Positions 37,940 to 47,636 of a stretch of DNA of 64,000 nt are shown here, piece after piece. Source of the DNA: a virus. A program made the translations under genes and the position numbers. The notes under the pieces are model-generated. The model searched no databases and was not told the origin of the DNA. It worked only from the letters and a program-made list of their open reading frames with translations. Location: positions 1 through 64,000 of IMG/VR virus record IMGVR_UViG_3300005340_000038. One strand, 5' to 3'. Position 1 is the stretch's first letter. Every line of letters starts with the position of its first letter.

Positions 37940-40207
37940 CTACAGAAGACTCATCTGCTTCACATTGGCAAGTGCTCGGTCCATGTTCTTCAGAGATGTC
38001 TCGACATAGCTAGGTTTTAGCTCATAGCCCACATATCGCCTCTTAAGCTGCAATGCCTTGTATCCTGTGCTGCCGATGCCGTTAAATGGGTCCAGTACTA
38101 AATCACCAGGGTTAGACCAGAGTTTTATAGCTCTTTCAATCACCCCTAACTGTAATGGGCACACGTGTCTTTCGTCATTTACTTCTTTTGCCTCTAGCGT
38201 GTTAAGCACATCGGTCTCAGAGATACCACCAGGATAGTGCGCTGTCTTTTTATACCAGACAGGCGCGGCCCATTCGATCCATTCTTCAGGCGTAATCCAG
38301 CCATCCTCGTTCTTGTATCTCTTGGATATGCCCGCTTTTATAGGGGCAGGACTCTCTCCGGGCTTGCGGAACTGCAAGAGATAATCGGCTAAAGCCATGT
38401 GCATGTGCTCGGCATTACTCGCTAGGGTCTTAAAGAGCAACCCCCGATCCTTCGTTCGTATAGCCCTCAACTGAGGGTCTTTGTCAATCAAAACCTCACC
38501 GTAATATATCCATCCTTCATCTTCCATTATACTAATGACCTTGCCACGGAAGTCTCTAATGCCCACATGCCCGTCAAGATACTTAAATATTGGCGTCTGG
38601 GTAAGGTGGATGCAACAACTTCTGCCTGGCATCATTGCCCTTAGAAGCTTATCTTCGCTCACAAGGTAACGGAATTGATCCAGCATTTGCTGCATATTGG
38701 TCGTATTACCCATATCGTGAGGCGAGTTAGTGTAAGCATACATCGCGGGGAACGGCGGCGAGAATACAGCCAGACCTACAGCGTCGTCGTCCATCGTGTC
38801 AATTAAGTCAACGCAATCGCCCTGCCGGATCATCCATCCTGGGCCCTCGAATATCTTCGATTCCATCTTCATCTCCTCCCGGACAGCGTGAAATTCCAAA
38901 GATAGACCGCGCATTTTGCCAATAATCTCGTCAATCATCTGCGTCGATTCGGTCTCTTTTCGTCTGATATTCTCAAGTACCGCAACTTCTGTATCCGCGC
39001 TAAAGATGTGGACATTGACTTTGTGCTGCTGAAAAAATCTATAGAATCGGCGTATCGCTTGGTAGAGCATTTCATAGGAATCGTTTAATCCTACAAACGC
39101 TGTATTGTGGCAGTGCTGCATATTGATGCCGTATCCCGTAATGCTCGGCTTGCTGATCAAGATCGGCTTTTCGCCCCGTAGCCACGCAATCAAACGCTCT
39201 TCTTTTTGCTCCGGCTTGAGTGACCCATAGATCGAGATGGCTTTATCGCCCAATGCCCGCTCTAGCGCCCGTTGTTCATCGTCGAGATGACACCATACCG
39301 CCCACGGCTCATCGAGGCTCTTGACGACATCCACGCATGCCTCAACGCGCCCAAAGATACTGGCCCGCTTTGCCCCTAATCGTTCTTGCTGCGTGTGTGC
39401 GGCTACGGGCAAAAGCGTATCACGGCTCCGAGGGTCTGTCTTGATCTCGTGCATGTGGTATTCAATCTCAGGCAGTATAAGCGGCCCATCGTCGTAGCCG
39501 AGATCGCTTGGCTTGCGGAAAGCAACCGCCCACGTTGCTACCCACTTCCAGAAGTCGTCAACAGCATGGCGACGCAACCGGAATTTATTCGAGCTATTGC
39601 CGTCCTGCTTGAAGAAATTAGCAATCACCTCTTTGTACAGCATCACCCCTAAAAACTCGCTATGCATAAGCAATTCAGGCAAGTCATTAGGGGCTGGCGT
39701 GGCAGTACAAGCCAACCGATAAGGAATAAAGCTCGCAAACTCCGTTATCTGCCGACGCATCTTGCCCATGAGGTTTTTGAGTAAACTCGACTCATCCGCA
39801 ACGATGCCGCCATATAACTCTGGGTCAATATAGTGCATGCGATCATAATTGATGATGTGGATCATGGATGTATGATCGCCATCAGCCCGGCAAGCCTCGA
39901 TGCCGAATTTCTCACCCTCGCGTATCGTCTGGTGCGATACGGCTAGAGGGGCTAGGATAATCACTGGCTTACCCGTATGGCGGGCAACCTGATCGGCCCA
40001 TGCAAGCTGCATCGGCGTCTTCCCGCAACCACAATCTGCAAACACAGCCGCTCGGCCCTTAAAGACGGCCCATCGCACAACCTTGCGCTGCCAATCAAAT
40101 AACGCCTGCGGGAACGTGTCCATATCACACTCAAACCCCGCATGGTCAAATGCTAACCGTTTCGACTCCAAGAATGACTCGTAGTCCATCGCTACCTGTA
40201 TCGCCAT
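37940..40207 (-). CDS. SF2/SNF2-like helicase fused to N4/N6 DNA methyltransferase (beta class)
   Basis: ADCGCGKT, VADESS, TATPAPND, QAIRRFYRF; then FSPPF, HVCPLQ, DPFNGIGSTG. Confidence 0.88.
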   Translation of the reverse strand: MAIQVAMDYESFLESKRLAFDHAGFECDMDTFPQALFDWQRKVVRWAVFKGRAAVFADCGCGKTPMQLAWADQVARHTGKPVIILAPLAVSHQTIREGEKFGIEACRADGDHTSMIHIINYDRMHYIDPELYGGIVADESSLLKNLMGKMRRQITEFASFIPYRLACTATPAPNDLPELLMHSEFLGVMLYKEVIANFFKQDGNSSNKFRLRRHAVDDFWKWVATWAVAFRKPSDLGYDDGPLILPEIEYHMHEIKTDPRSRDTLLPVAAHTQQERLGAKRASIFGRVEACVDVVKSLDEPWAVWCHLDDEQRALERALGDKAISIYGSLKPEQKEERLIAWLRGEKPILISKPSITGYGINMQHCHNTAFVGLNDSYEMLYQAIRRFYRFFQQHKVNVHIFSADTEVAVLENIRRKETESTQMIDEIIGKMRGLSLEFHAVREEMKMESKIFEGPGWMIRQGDCVDLIDTMDDDAVGLAVFSPPFPAMYAYTNSPHDMGNTTNMQQMLDQFRYLVSEDKLLRAMMPGRSCCIHLTQTPIFKYLDGHVGIRDFRGKVISIMEDEGWIYYGEVLIDKDPQLRAIRTKDRGLLFKTLASNAEHMHMALADYLLQFRKPGESPAPIKAGISKRYKNEDGWITPEEWIEWAAPVWYKKTAHYPGGISETDVLNTLEAKEVNDERHVCPLQLGVIERAIKLWSNPGDLVLDPFNGIGSTGYKALQLKRRYVGYELKPSYVETSLKNMDRALANVKQMSLL

Positions 40208-40230
40208 TTGCCTCACCCTTCACCATCGCA

Positions 40231-40455
40231 TCACACGTATTGCAGCCCCACCTCGATCAGTTCCCGTACCGCCTGCGCCTCGCTCACGTGCCCCTCGTGG
40301 CCTTCCGCCCGGCGCTCGGCCAAGTACGCTTTAATCTCCGCCCTCATCGCGTCGGGGATGCGTAGCGTGAAATTATCGCCTACGGTGCAGGGCTTGGGTG
40401 GCCTGCCGAGTTTCTTCTTTACCCGAGTCTCAGTCTGATGCTGCATATCGTTCAC
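40231..40455 (-). CDS. Ribbon-helix-helix-like regulator
   Basis: KLGRPP, FTLRIP, SEAQAVRELIE. Confidence 0.55.
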   Translation of the reverse strand: MNDMQHQTETRVKKKLGRPPKPCTVGDNFTLRIPDAMRAEIKAYLAERRAEGHEGHVSEAQAVRELIEVGLQYV

Positions 40456-40515
40456 GGCTCCTTTCTGACAGAGTATATCAGCTACGCATATTTATGCAAG
40501 CAAAAATATAGTGCT

Positions 40516-40770
40516 CTAGCGATTGAGGTTGTATTTCTCTGAAAAGAACTTATGTGCAGCCTCTAGGTCTCGCCTTTCCTTGTAATGATTATCCGATGTG
40601 TTCCTATGCCACATAGCCAAGTAGGTATATATCCCAGATATACCCTCGCTGATCATGTTCTCTAGCTCACCTATGCGGACCTGTAACGCCATCACGTCAT
40701 ATTGCAGGCGCATAATGTCAGCGTCAGTGATCTGGCCGTCTGAGTCAGCACCGAGCGGGGGAATTGGCAT
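40516..40770 (-). CDS. Hypothetical protein
   Basis: 84 aa, AGGAG RBS. Confidence 0.45.
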   Translation of the reverse strand: MPIPPLGADSDGQITDADIMRLQYDVMALQVRIGELENMISEGISGIYTYLAMWHRNTSDNHYKERRDLEAAHKFFSEKYNLNR

Positions 40771-40791
40771 AGTATAGCTCCTGTGTAGTGC

Positions 40792-41361
40792 CTAGCGTGG
40801 CCGATCCGGCGGGATATCGCGGTTGCGGCCACGCTCGTATGCTGCTAGCAACTCTTTGGTTTCTTCGTAAGCTCCGCTTTTTCTTGTGTGATACCTCGGA
40901 CAGCCGTAAACGTGTCTGTTGCGGGGCCATCTCCCCTCGAATTGCATCTCGACAGCCCCGCATCCTGGGCATTGACACCACAAATGCGTGTCGTCCATCT
41001 CCTTGCCGGGGTAGAAGTGGAAAGCCCGGTAGGGAGGCACGCCGATACTCGCGCGGCCTGGTAGACCGTGGATCAAGATGGCATCGCATTCTGTGTAATC
41101 AGATAGCATCATTAGCCTGCTAATATAGCTATGAGAGACACCTTCACCATCAGCCAGTGGAGGCTTGATCTCTATCCAATAGCTCTGGTTAGGAAGCCAG
41201 AAATCAGGTAAATACCATATCCCGGCGAGATCATAGCCCTCCATCTCATATTTCCACGGCATCCCTAACGCATCGAAGAACATTGCCCATCTGGCTTCGA
41301 GACGACTTCTAAAATCATCACCGCCATATCGCGTAGGAATTGGTCTGATCTCATCGCTCAT
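40792..41361 (-). CDS. PD-(D/E)xK nuclease-like protein
   Basis: FRSRLEARWA.FFD, YLPDFWLP, WIEIKP. Confidence 0.75.
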   Translation of the reverse strand: MSDEIRPIPTRYGGDDFRSRLEARWAMFFDALGMPWKYEMEGYDLAGIWYLPDFWLPNQSYWIEIKPPLADGEGVSHSYISRLMMLSDYTECDAILIHGLPGRASIGVPPYRAFHFYPGKEMDDTHLWCQCPGCGAVEMQFEGRWPRNRHVYGCPRYHTRKSGAYEETKELLAAYERGRNRDIPPDRPR

Positions 41362-43097
41362 GCAATGAAATCCTCATCGCTGTCGCTATAATTTGGCTCT
41401 TCGGGTTCGCATGGGCTGAACCGTGCCGAATTGTAGTCGAAAAGTAGCTGTGTCGCGCCAATATGGCCGATCTCTGGGAACTTAACCTTTTGCACATGGA
41501 CTTCTACAACCTTGCTATCACTATCCGTATCACGCCAAACAGTTAGTATGTTAGTACTTTTGTTTCTAAAGTTCGCACCGCCAGAGAAGTCATATGCTGT
41601 AGGTGGAGGGTATTTTCCTGCATACTTTCCAGATTGCGCCTTCTGCAACTTTGTTGGGTGAGCGATGATCCAGATATGGACACCATGATTCTGGGCGAAT
41701 CTCCGTATATTCCTGTAATGCTTAGCAACAAACTCTGTCTCAGTCATGCCTTTTTCTCTGGCGCTATCTATCTCGTTCCAAGGGTCAATCACAAATCCCT
41801 TAATCCCCTTGCGGTAAACCTCTATTTTCGCAAGTGAAAGGAGGTAATCGACTGTTGGATCTTCATCCTCTCCAAGTATCCACGTAAAGCTATCTGCGCT
41901 TTCGTAGTAAGCTCTCGCAAGCTCTTGTTGCGACATGCTATAAGGGCCTCCGAAAGGTTTTCCTGCCCATTGCTGAATGATCGTTGCCGCCATACGATCC
42001 TGTGGATGCTCTGGGGAATAAACTAAGAATCGCCATTGATAGGTTTTGGCTAGATGCACCATCATGGCAGACATGACGGTTGACTTCATGTGACCGGGGA
42101 CGCCTCCAATCGTGGTCACTTCTCCCGGCCTAATCGTGTAGAGCTTATCCAGATTTGGCCAACCGGTTGATAGCCCGCGAGAGATACCGTTGTTAAACAT
42201 GTCCCATAGACGCTGCTCGATATCCCTAATCGATGAGAGACCGTTTATAGGCCAGGGCTTAGCGTCCTCGATACATTCTTTGATCTTTTCAGGGCCATAG
42301 GCAACGAGAACGTCGTTGGCGTCTTTGCATCCTTGTGGCCAATCGACAAGCCAACATCGCTCAGCCCCAAAGCGACGAACAAGTTCCTCAGTCAGCCGAC
42401 GACCAGGCGTATCGTTATCCCCTGCCATAATGATCTTTTTCATCGGCATGAAAAGCGACTCGGCTGCGTTGATGAAATCCAGCGCGGCATCATAGTTCTT
42501 AGTATCTGGCGGAGGTGCCCCGTTAGGAACAGACGTCACAGAGTCATACCCTGCCAACTCAACCGACAATGCGTCAATCTCACCCTCGACGATGATGATG
42601 TGATCGCTTGCAAAGCTATCCAGGCGATAGGGGATAAGCTGTGCGCCGGTGTGCATGCAGAACTTTTTGTCATGGGTGCGATATTTGACGTTGACAACCT
42701 CGCCGTATCGCATGTATGGGAACTGAATCGCCTGCTTTTCTTTCGGGGCCAATGGGAAAGGGCCATAACTGATGGAATTTTTAGCCAGAATAGATTCAGG
42801 TATGCCACGCTTAGCAAACCACTTCACTACGTTCTCAGGCAGTGGTGTCAACCGATAAACGGGCTTCTTGTGCGATTTTTGAGGTTTCGGCAAGTCGACA
42901 AAGCCGTTTGGCCTAGCATCAAGTTTGCCTGTCCACCCACAATTATGGCATCGCCAACACCCCTCGGCCAGATTGACGGCAAGGTCGGGTTGCCCGGGGT
43001 GCGCCCTGACAAGATCGCACCTCGCACATGGCATCTTTTTCCAATCCCCGCCGCCCTTAGCCTTTGAAATATCAATACCTATGTCGAGCCAATCCAT
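41358..43097 (-). CDS. Primase-helicase (T7 gp4/Twinkle-like: Zn finger, TOPRIM, SF4 helicase)
   Basis: CHNCGWTG, IVEGEIDALS, SVPNGA, DND..G, KDAND, GVPGHMKS, VIDPWN, IIAHP. Confidence 0.9.
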   Translation of the reverse strand: MDWLDIGIDISKAKGGGDWKKMPCARCDLVRAHPGQPDLAVNLAEGCWRCHNCGWTGKLDARPNGFVDLPKPQKSHKKPVYRLTPLPENVVKWFAKRGIPESILAKNSISYGPFPLAPKEKQAIQFPYMRYGEVVNVKYRTHDKKFCMHTGAQLIPYRLDSFASDHIIIVEGEIDALSVELAGYDSVTSVPNGAPPPDTKNYDAALDFINAAESLFMPMKKIIMAGDNDTPGRRLTEELVRRFGAERCWLVDWPQGCKDANDVLVAYGPEKIKECIEDAKPWPINGLSSIRDIEQRLWDMFNNGISRGLSTGWPNLDKLYTIRPGEVTTIGGVPGHMKSTVMSAMMVHLAKTYQWRFLVYSPEHPQDRMAATIIQQWAGKPFGGPYSMSQQELARAYYESADSFTWILGEDEDPTVDYLLSLAKIEVYRKGIKGFVIDPWNEIDSAREKGMTETEFVAKHYRNIRRFAQNHGVHIWIIAHPTKLQKAQSGKYAGKYPPPTAYDFSGGANFRNKSTNILTVWRDTDSDSKVVEVHVQKVKFPEIGHIGATQLLFDYNSARFSPCEPEEPNYSDSDEDFIA

Positions 43098-43113
43098 TGC
43101 CTCTGCCCCTCTG

Positions 43114-44184
43114 CTATGTCACAACCGGGATATCGGATGTCCGCTGTTGCCGTTGCAATCTCATCTGCTGACACCTCTCGCGCCATTCCATGCAACGAAC
43201 GCGATGGTCCTCGACGTTTTTGCAGATACTGAACGGCGCGAGCATGTTAGAAGCCAATGGGGTAGGGCTACCGTCATCGGTGCGTACCTTGGTACTCTTG
43301 GCACGGCGCAGATACAGGCATATGTTGAGCATGAGTGGAAGGCCGTACTCGTGGATCGTTTCAAACACAATCGGGTCAATCCGGCGGGATTCGGCAAATG
43401 TGGACTTAGTGCCCAACACATCGCCCCGGGCTTCATCCACAGCAGAGAGAAATTTACGAGCCATGTTGATTTGCTCTTGGTCGAATGAAGTAGCGAAGGG
43501 GTCATAGGCGGGGGCAAGAGGGTGATGAGTTGAAGCCGGGGTTTCTGTCTTGGTAGGGATAGGTGCAGGCTCGGGGGTGGCGATGGGCTCAGGGTCGATG
43601 TCAACCTCTTTCCCATCCTGGCTTACTTCGTCAGAATCTCCAGTATATATATTCTTATTCTTATTCTTTGTTTTAGTCTTAAAACGCGCGCACGCGCGCG
43701 CGGGTACATTATATGCGTCGTCCGAAAATGAGGTGCAATCTTTGCACCCAATCTCGGAATGAGGTGCAATCTTTGCACCCGATTCTTCGGATGAGGTGCA
43801 ATCTTTGCACCCTATTTTTTGATCGAGTGCAATCTTTGCACATGATCCATTTTCATCATTATGTCGTTCTTCTATGATCTTTTTTGATGATATGAGCTTG
43901 CGGGGAGGGGTGCAGGGTAGATGATCTATGGCCAGCCTGTAGCGATTATAGGAACCCTTTTTCGACTTTCTGACGATCTCGATGGCTTCGTATGGTGGCT
44001 TACTGAGTTCGTCGATTATCTTTACGAGATTTCTTTTGCAATATCCTGTCTTAGATGAGAGTGCGTTGATTCCCTCTTCGCTAAATCCAGCATCGTTTGA
44101 TGCGTCGGCAATTGCTAGGAGGACTAGCTTATGCCGAGGTTCGACTTTAAGGCGCCAAACTTGACCTTTTGTACTATCTGACAT
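43114..44184 (-). CDS. Replication initiator (N-terminal HTH_36-like) containing iterons
   Basis: KLVLLAIADASND...LSSKTG...NRYRL; upstream of primase-helicase; internal DNA repeats. Confidence 0.75.
   Translation of the reverse strand: MSDSTKGQVWRLKVEPRHKLVLLAIADASNDAGFSEEGINALSSKTGYCKRNLVKIIDELSKPPYEAIEIVRKSKKGSYNRYRLAIDHLPCTPPRKLISSKKIIEERHNDENGSCAKIALDQKIGCKDCTSSEESGAKIAPHSEIGCKDCTSFSDDAYNVPARACARFKTKTKNKNKNIYTGDSDEVSQDGKEVDIDPEPIATPEPAPIPTKTETPASTHHPLAPAYDPFATSFDQEQINMARKFLSAVDEARGDVLGTKSTFAESRRIDPIVFETIHEYGLPLMLNICLYLRRAKSTKVRTDDGSPTPLASNMLAPFSICKNVEDHRVRCMEWRERCQQMRLQRQQRTSDIPVVT
43728..43841. repeat. Four palindromic iterons, putative replication origin
   Basis: ATGAGGTGCAATCTTTGCACCC at 43728, 43759, 43791 and core GTGCAATCTTTGCAC at 43827; 31-32 bp spacing; AT-rich tract 43644-43684 adjacent. 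Confidence 0.85.
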
Positions 44185-44518
44185 GGCTTGCCCTATCCAT
44201 GCAAAGTTACAACGTTGTTCACATGGCATACGGGCAAAATCAGCATGGCCATCATGGTATGCTGAGATACTCGGCCAGTAATAGACTGATGGACTCCTTG
44301 TCTCATCATCTTATTCATGCTAAAATCCTCATTAGGATTGTTTGGATTTGACGCAAAGAGGCTGCGTCATGACAAATTATTGATTTGCCATCTCTTTCGC
44401 ACCCGCACAGGCTTGGCAGCTTCACTCGCGGGCGCTACCCAATTTTCTCGCTATCCATAGCAGGGCCGGACGGCCATCCGGCCTTTTGCTATTTCAGGGC
44501 ACCGGCGCTAGTCATAGG

Positions 44519-44755
44519 TCATTCGCTCTTCTCGCTTATCCATTGCCGATGTTGGGTTTCGAGATTGATCCATAGCCGCTCATCTATGCCAAGTACAGAT
44601 TCCAGCGCGGTAGCTATCGAATCGTCCATCTTGACTCTGCCATGCATGATTGAGCTGACGATCAATGATCCTAGTCCGGCAGGCGTCATACAACGGGTTT
44701 TTAATTCGTCCGCTAATATCTCACAAGGCGGGTATAATTCGGCGGGGCGCCTCAT
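44519..44755 (-). CDS. HigA-like HTH protein
   Basis: PPCEILADEL...IMHG......A..LE.VLGI...LWINL. Confidence 0.6.
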   Translation of the reverse strand: MRRPAELYPPCEILADELKTRCMTPAGLGSLIVSSIMHGRVKMDDSIATALESVLGIDERLWINLETQHRQWISEKSE

Positions 44756-44943
44756 TTCACCACCTCCCACTCCCCATCCGTTCCCAACCTCTGGTCGTCG
44801 CCGTACCATACGTCGAGGCATGTGCCGTTGCTCCATAGCCGTATCTCGCCGCTTGTCGGGTCCAGGCACATCCCTTCTGGCCATGCACATTTACGGATGA
44901 TGTGGCCCGCATCGAGTTGTTGTTTGGCCTCCTCGTAGGTCAT
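44752..44943 (-). CDS. Short DUF2829/Tad2-like protein
   Basis: MTYEEA..L.AG..IR..AW...D...TD.EWEVV pattern. Confidence 0.45.
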   Translation of the reverse strand: MTYEEAKQQLDAGHIIRKCAWPEGMCLDPTSGEIRLWSNGTCLDVWYGDDQRLGTDGEWEVVK

Positions 44944-45395
44944 GCCCGGCTACCGCCTTGTCCCTTCGTCACTACAGGCGGCACGATGCGCGTTTTCTTA
45001 TCCTGGCAATCTCGGCACAAATCCCAATAGATCGGGTGCGCCTGAATCATCTTGGTGATGGGGTTGCGGATCACGGTATTGCACTTGTAGCACTGGATAA
45101 TCATGTTATCTGTATTGGGTCTGATCATGCCTGCCCTCCCACGTCTGCCGCCGTTGTATCTCACGGTCGCACGCATCGGCCATCGCTCGCGCTGCGTACT
45201 GCACCGCCCGTATCCTGCCCGTCTCTAGCCGCTGAATGATCGCCTTGAGCGCCATCCCGTCAAGCGCCGTCATTTCAATGAGGGCATCCAGGGATATACT
45301 CATGCCTCCAAACCGCCTACGATTGATTTTAAGGCCATATCATTTTGCCTCTTCGTTTGCTACGTCCAGAATCATGAAATCAAAATAAGGCCATC

Positions 45396-45833
45396 CTAGG
45401 ACGTTATGGGGGTATATTCCGCATGTAGGTGGTTGTCGTGCCCCGCCGCATGCCGAGTTAGCCCCGCATTGATCAGTGCATCATCGTTGAACAGGAACTG
45501 CCTGAACCCGGCGCACCGCAACTCGACAATGAAGCTCACCATCGCGGCGCGGTCGTAGACGGGGTAGGTGACGTAGCAGGCGTCGTGAGCGCGATCTTTG
45601 CGGATGGGCCGAAAGTCGATCTCGACGCCTAGCTTGTGCTGCTTGTGCGGGTCGACAGGCCCGCCGTGTTCGAGTGAGCAATTACCCACGCCGATCTCGA
45701 TGCCGTAGCGGCAGAGCATCCGCGCACAGGCAATGCCCGCCGCCGCGATCACCTCGGGCTTGCCCCAACGCTTTTCATCTGGGCAGTAGCCGTAATAGCC
45801 AATCCCGCTCTCCGGCATGTGGATAAAGCTCAT
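45396..45833 (-). CDS. MepA-like (peptidase M74/LAS) murein endopeptidase, probable endolysin
   Basis: GNCSL.HGG...PH..H..G.EID.RP and GHDNHLH. Confidence 0.75.
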   Translation of the reverse strand: MSFIHMPESGIGYYGYCPDEKRWGKPEVIAAAGIACARMLCRYGIEIGVGNCSLEHGGPVDPHKQHKLGVEIDFRPIRKDRAHDACYVTYPVYDRAAMVSFIVELRCAGFRQFLFNDDALINAGLTRHAAGHDNHLHAEYTPITS

Positions 45834-46061
45834 AGCGTGCCACTCTCGCCGAATTTCGATAGTTCAACGGCATTCTTCTCAATGATCTTCTGATATTGAG
45901 CATGGAGTATGCCGTTATCTAGCAGGGTCATCAGCATTTCAATCGTGTAATCAACGAGAATGGGGTCGTTAGTAAATTTAGAGCAGGATGTATCGATCCA
46001 TATGGGGTGCATAGGATCGTAGGCTCCATCCTGCCATGTGTTGAATATTTTCATACTGCCC

Positions 46062-47141
46062 TTAGTTGTCGAGCGGTTCAGCTCTTTTCTTCCTGCTCGC
46101 CCGAGTCGTCTTTTTGGCTGTTTTCTTCTTAGGTCGTGTCGGCGGCTCTATCGGCTCAGACTCGGTGGTGATGGCGGTATAGCTGATGCGCTGTTTGCAA
46201 ACGGTGCAATGCGTCGGTCGCTCTTTATTGATGACCGCGCTTGCTCCGCATCCGTCATGGACTAAGAGGTGGAAATCTCGGCTTTGCTTGAGTCCGGCAT
46301 AGGGCTCCTTTGTAGCCGCATGCGTTCGTATCCGAGTGACATACGTCATGTCTGCCGATCCTGCCGATAGAGATAATGGATTTTCACTGAAAAGGTAATT
46401 GACAGAGACCAAAATATCATCTACTCTTTCAGAAGTCAATTTATTTCTTATTTCTTCCTGAAATACACTCATAACCGATTGATTTATTAGGTTGTTATGT
46501 TCTCTATCTATGTAATTGCTGGTTACAGAATTGAGGAAAAACAGCTTTAACGCTTTCTTAATATCAGCCATAGAGATAATCGAATAGGTATCCATATCGT
46601 GAGGAATCGGTATATCAAGGATATGCGGGGCGTTATGGTTAGGGTCTACCGGGTAAAGTCGTGTCCAATAATAGGTGTAATCCCCGAAGAAAAGCACATT
46701 AACCAATTTGGTTACTGGCCTTATAGTCCCATCAGCCATAACGATAGGGCTAATATACGTCCGTTGAACTTGATTAATACCTGCCCTTTCACCGATAGCG
46801 CGCGATAGGCCGAGCAAAGAGCTATGCATATTCACCATCGGCGTCATTGTGTAGGACTGAAATTCGAATCCAGGGCTTCCAAGGTCGGATTTAAACATCT
46901 GTTTGGCGGGCGGCGTCGAGTGAATATACGTCGCATCCCGCACGATGACGCCAGATGGCATTTCTTCTTCGACATATCGCGTGATTGTGCACGCATCAAC
47001 GAGTGGGTCTATCTGTTGAAGCACAACCTTAATTGCTGTAGAATCTTCGGGTACTGTAGGGGTTGCTTGCATCGATTGATATCTCCTCTTGGATATACTT
47101 ACAGTGCTCTTGCCCTGCTGTCCTTGGCGGGGGTAGGGCAA
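46062..47141 (-). CDS. Hypothetical protein with C-terminal Zn-ribbon-like motif and basic tail
   Basis: H.GCG...HCTVC; start uncertain. Confidence 0.5.
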   Translation of the reverse strand: MPYPRQGQQGKSTVSISKRRYQSMQATPTVPEDSTAIKVVLQQIDPLVDACTITRYVEEEMPSGVIVRDATYIHSTPPAKQMFKSDLGSPGFEFQSYTMTPMVNMHSSLLGLSRAIGERAGINQVQRTYISPIVMADGTIRPVTKLVNVLFFGDYTYYWTRLYPVDPNHNAPHILDIPIPHDMDTYSIISMADIKKALKLFFLNSVTSNYIDREHNNLINQSVMSVFQEEIRNKLTSERVDDILVSVNYLFSENPLSLSAGSADMTYVTRIRTHAATKEPYAGLKQSRDFHLLVHDGCGASAVINKERPTHCTVCKQRISYTAITTESEPIEPPTRPKKKTAKKTTRASRKKRAEPLDN

Positions 47142-47177
47142 GATAAAAAATGTATCTTCCGATTACATTATGCTTGT

Positions 47178-47429
47178 CTAACTGCCGCTAGATGCCGCGT
47201 ATCTTTTTCGTTTTTTCGATCTAGCCTCCTGAATCATATTTTCCAATGCCTCAAATGGATCAATGCCCACTTCATCGCATCGACGCATGAGGTCCAATAC
47301 CTCCTCAAAAAAATCCGCTATGAGCCTATTTGTCTCCGTGCAATAGACGCGCGCCCATATAAAGGTGGGGTCAGTGATCCTCATTGTCCGGCGTTGAGCA
47401 CCTGGGTTTTTTATCTTCCGTCTTGCCAT
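47178..47429 (-). CDS. Probable ribbon-helix-helix repressor
   Basis: RRTMRITD strand followed by two helices; AGGAGG RBS; first gene behind divergent promoter. Confidence 0.5.
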   Translation of the reverse strand: MARRKIKNPGAQRRTMRITDPTFIWARVYCTETNRLIADFFEEVLDLMRRCDEVGIDPFEALENMIQEARSKKRKRYAASSGS

Positions 47430-47486
47430 AATCCGCCTCCTCTGAGTACCTCATCATCGGCCTGTCTAGTCTGCCCAGACAGACTT

Positions 47487-47528
47487 ATAATATTCTTGCT
47501 TGACGTATTTGTCAATGAGAAGTATAGT
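47487..47528. promoter_or_regulatory. Overlapping divergent sigma70 promoters
   Basis: Plus: TTGACG(47500)-N17-TATAGT(47523); minus: TTGACA(47515)-N17-TATTAT; flanked by GTCTAG/AGAC repeats. Confidence 0.75.
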
Positions 47529-47636
47529 CTGTCTAGACAGTCTAGACTGCTTAATGAAACAGGCGCAGAAATGGCATTGGCGTGAGGCTAAGGACTGATT
47601 TCTCAGAGCCTTAGCCCGTGGGCAGCGATGGAGTAG

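Noticed and set aside
43728-43841. Mini-CRISPR interpretation of the palindromic repeats
   Set aside because: Spacers are only 9-10 bp and the repeats lie inside an initiator ORF; iterons fit better.
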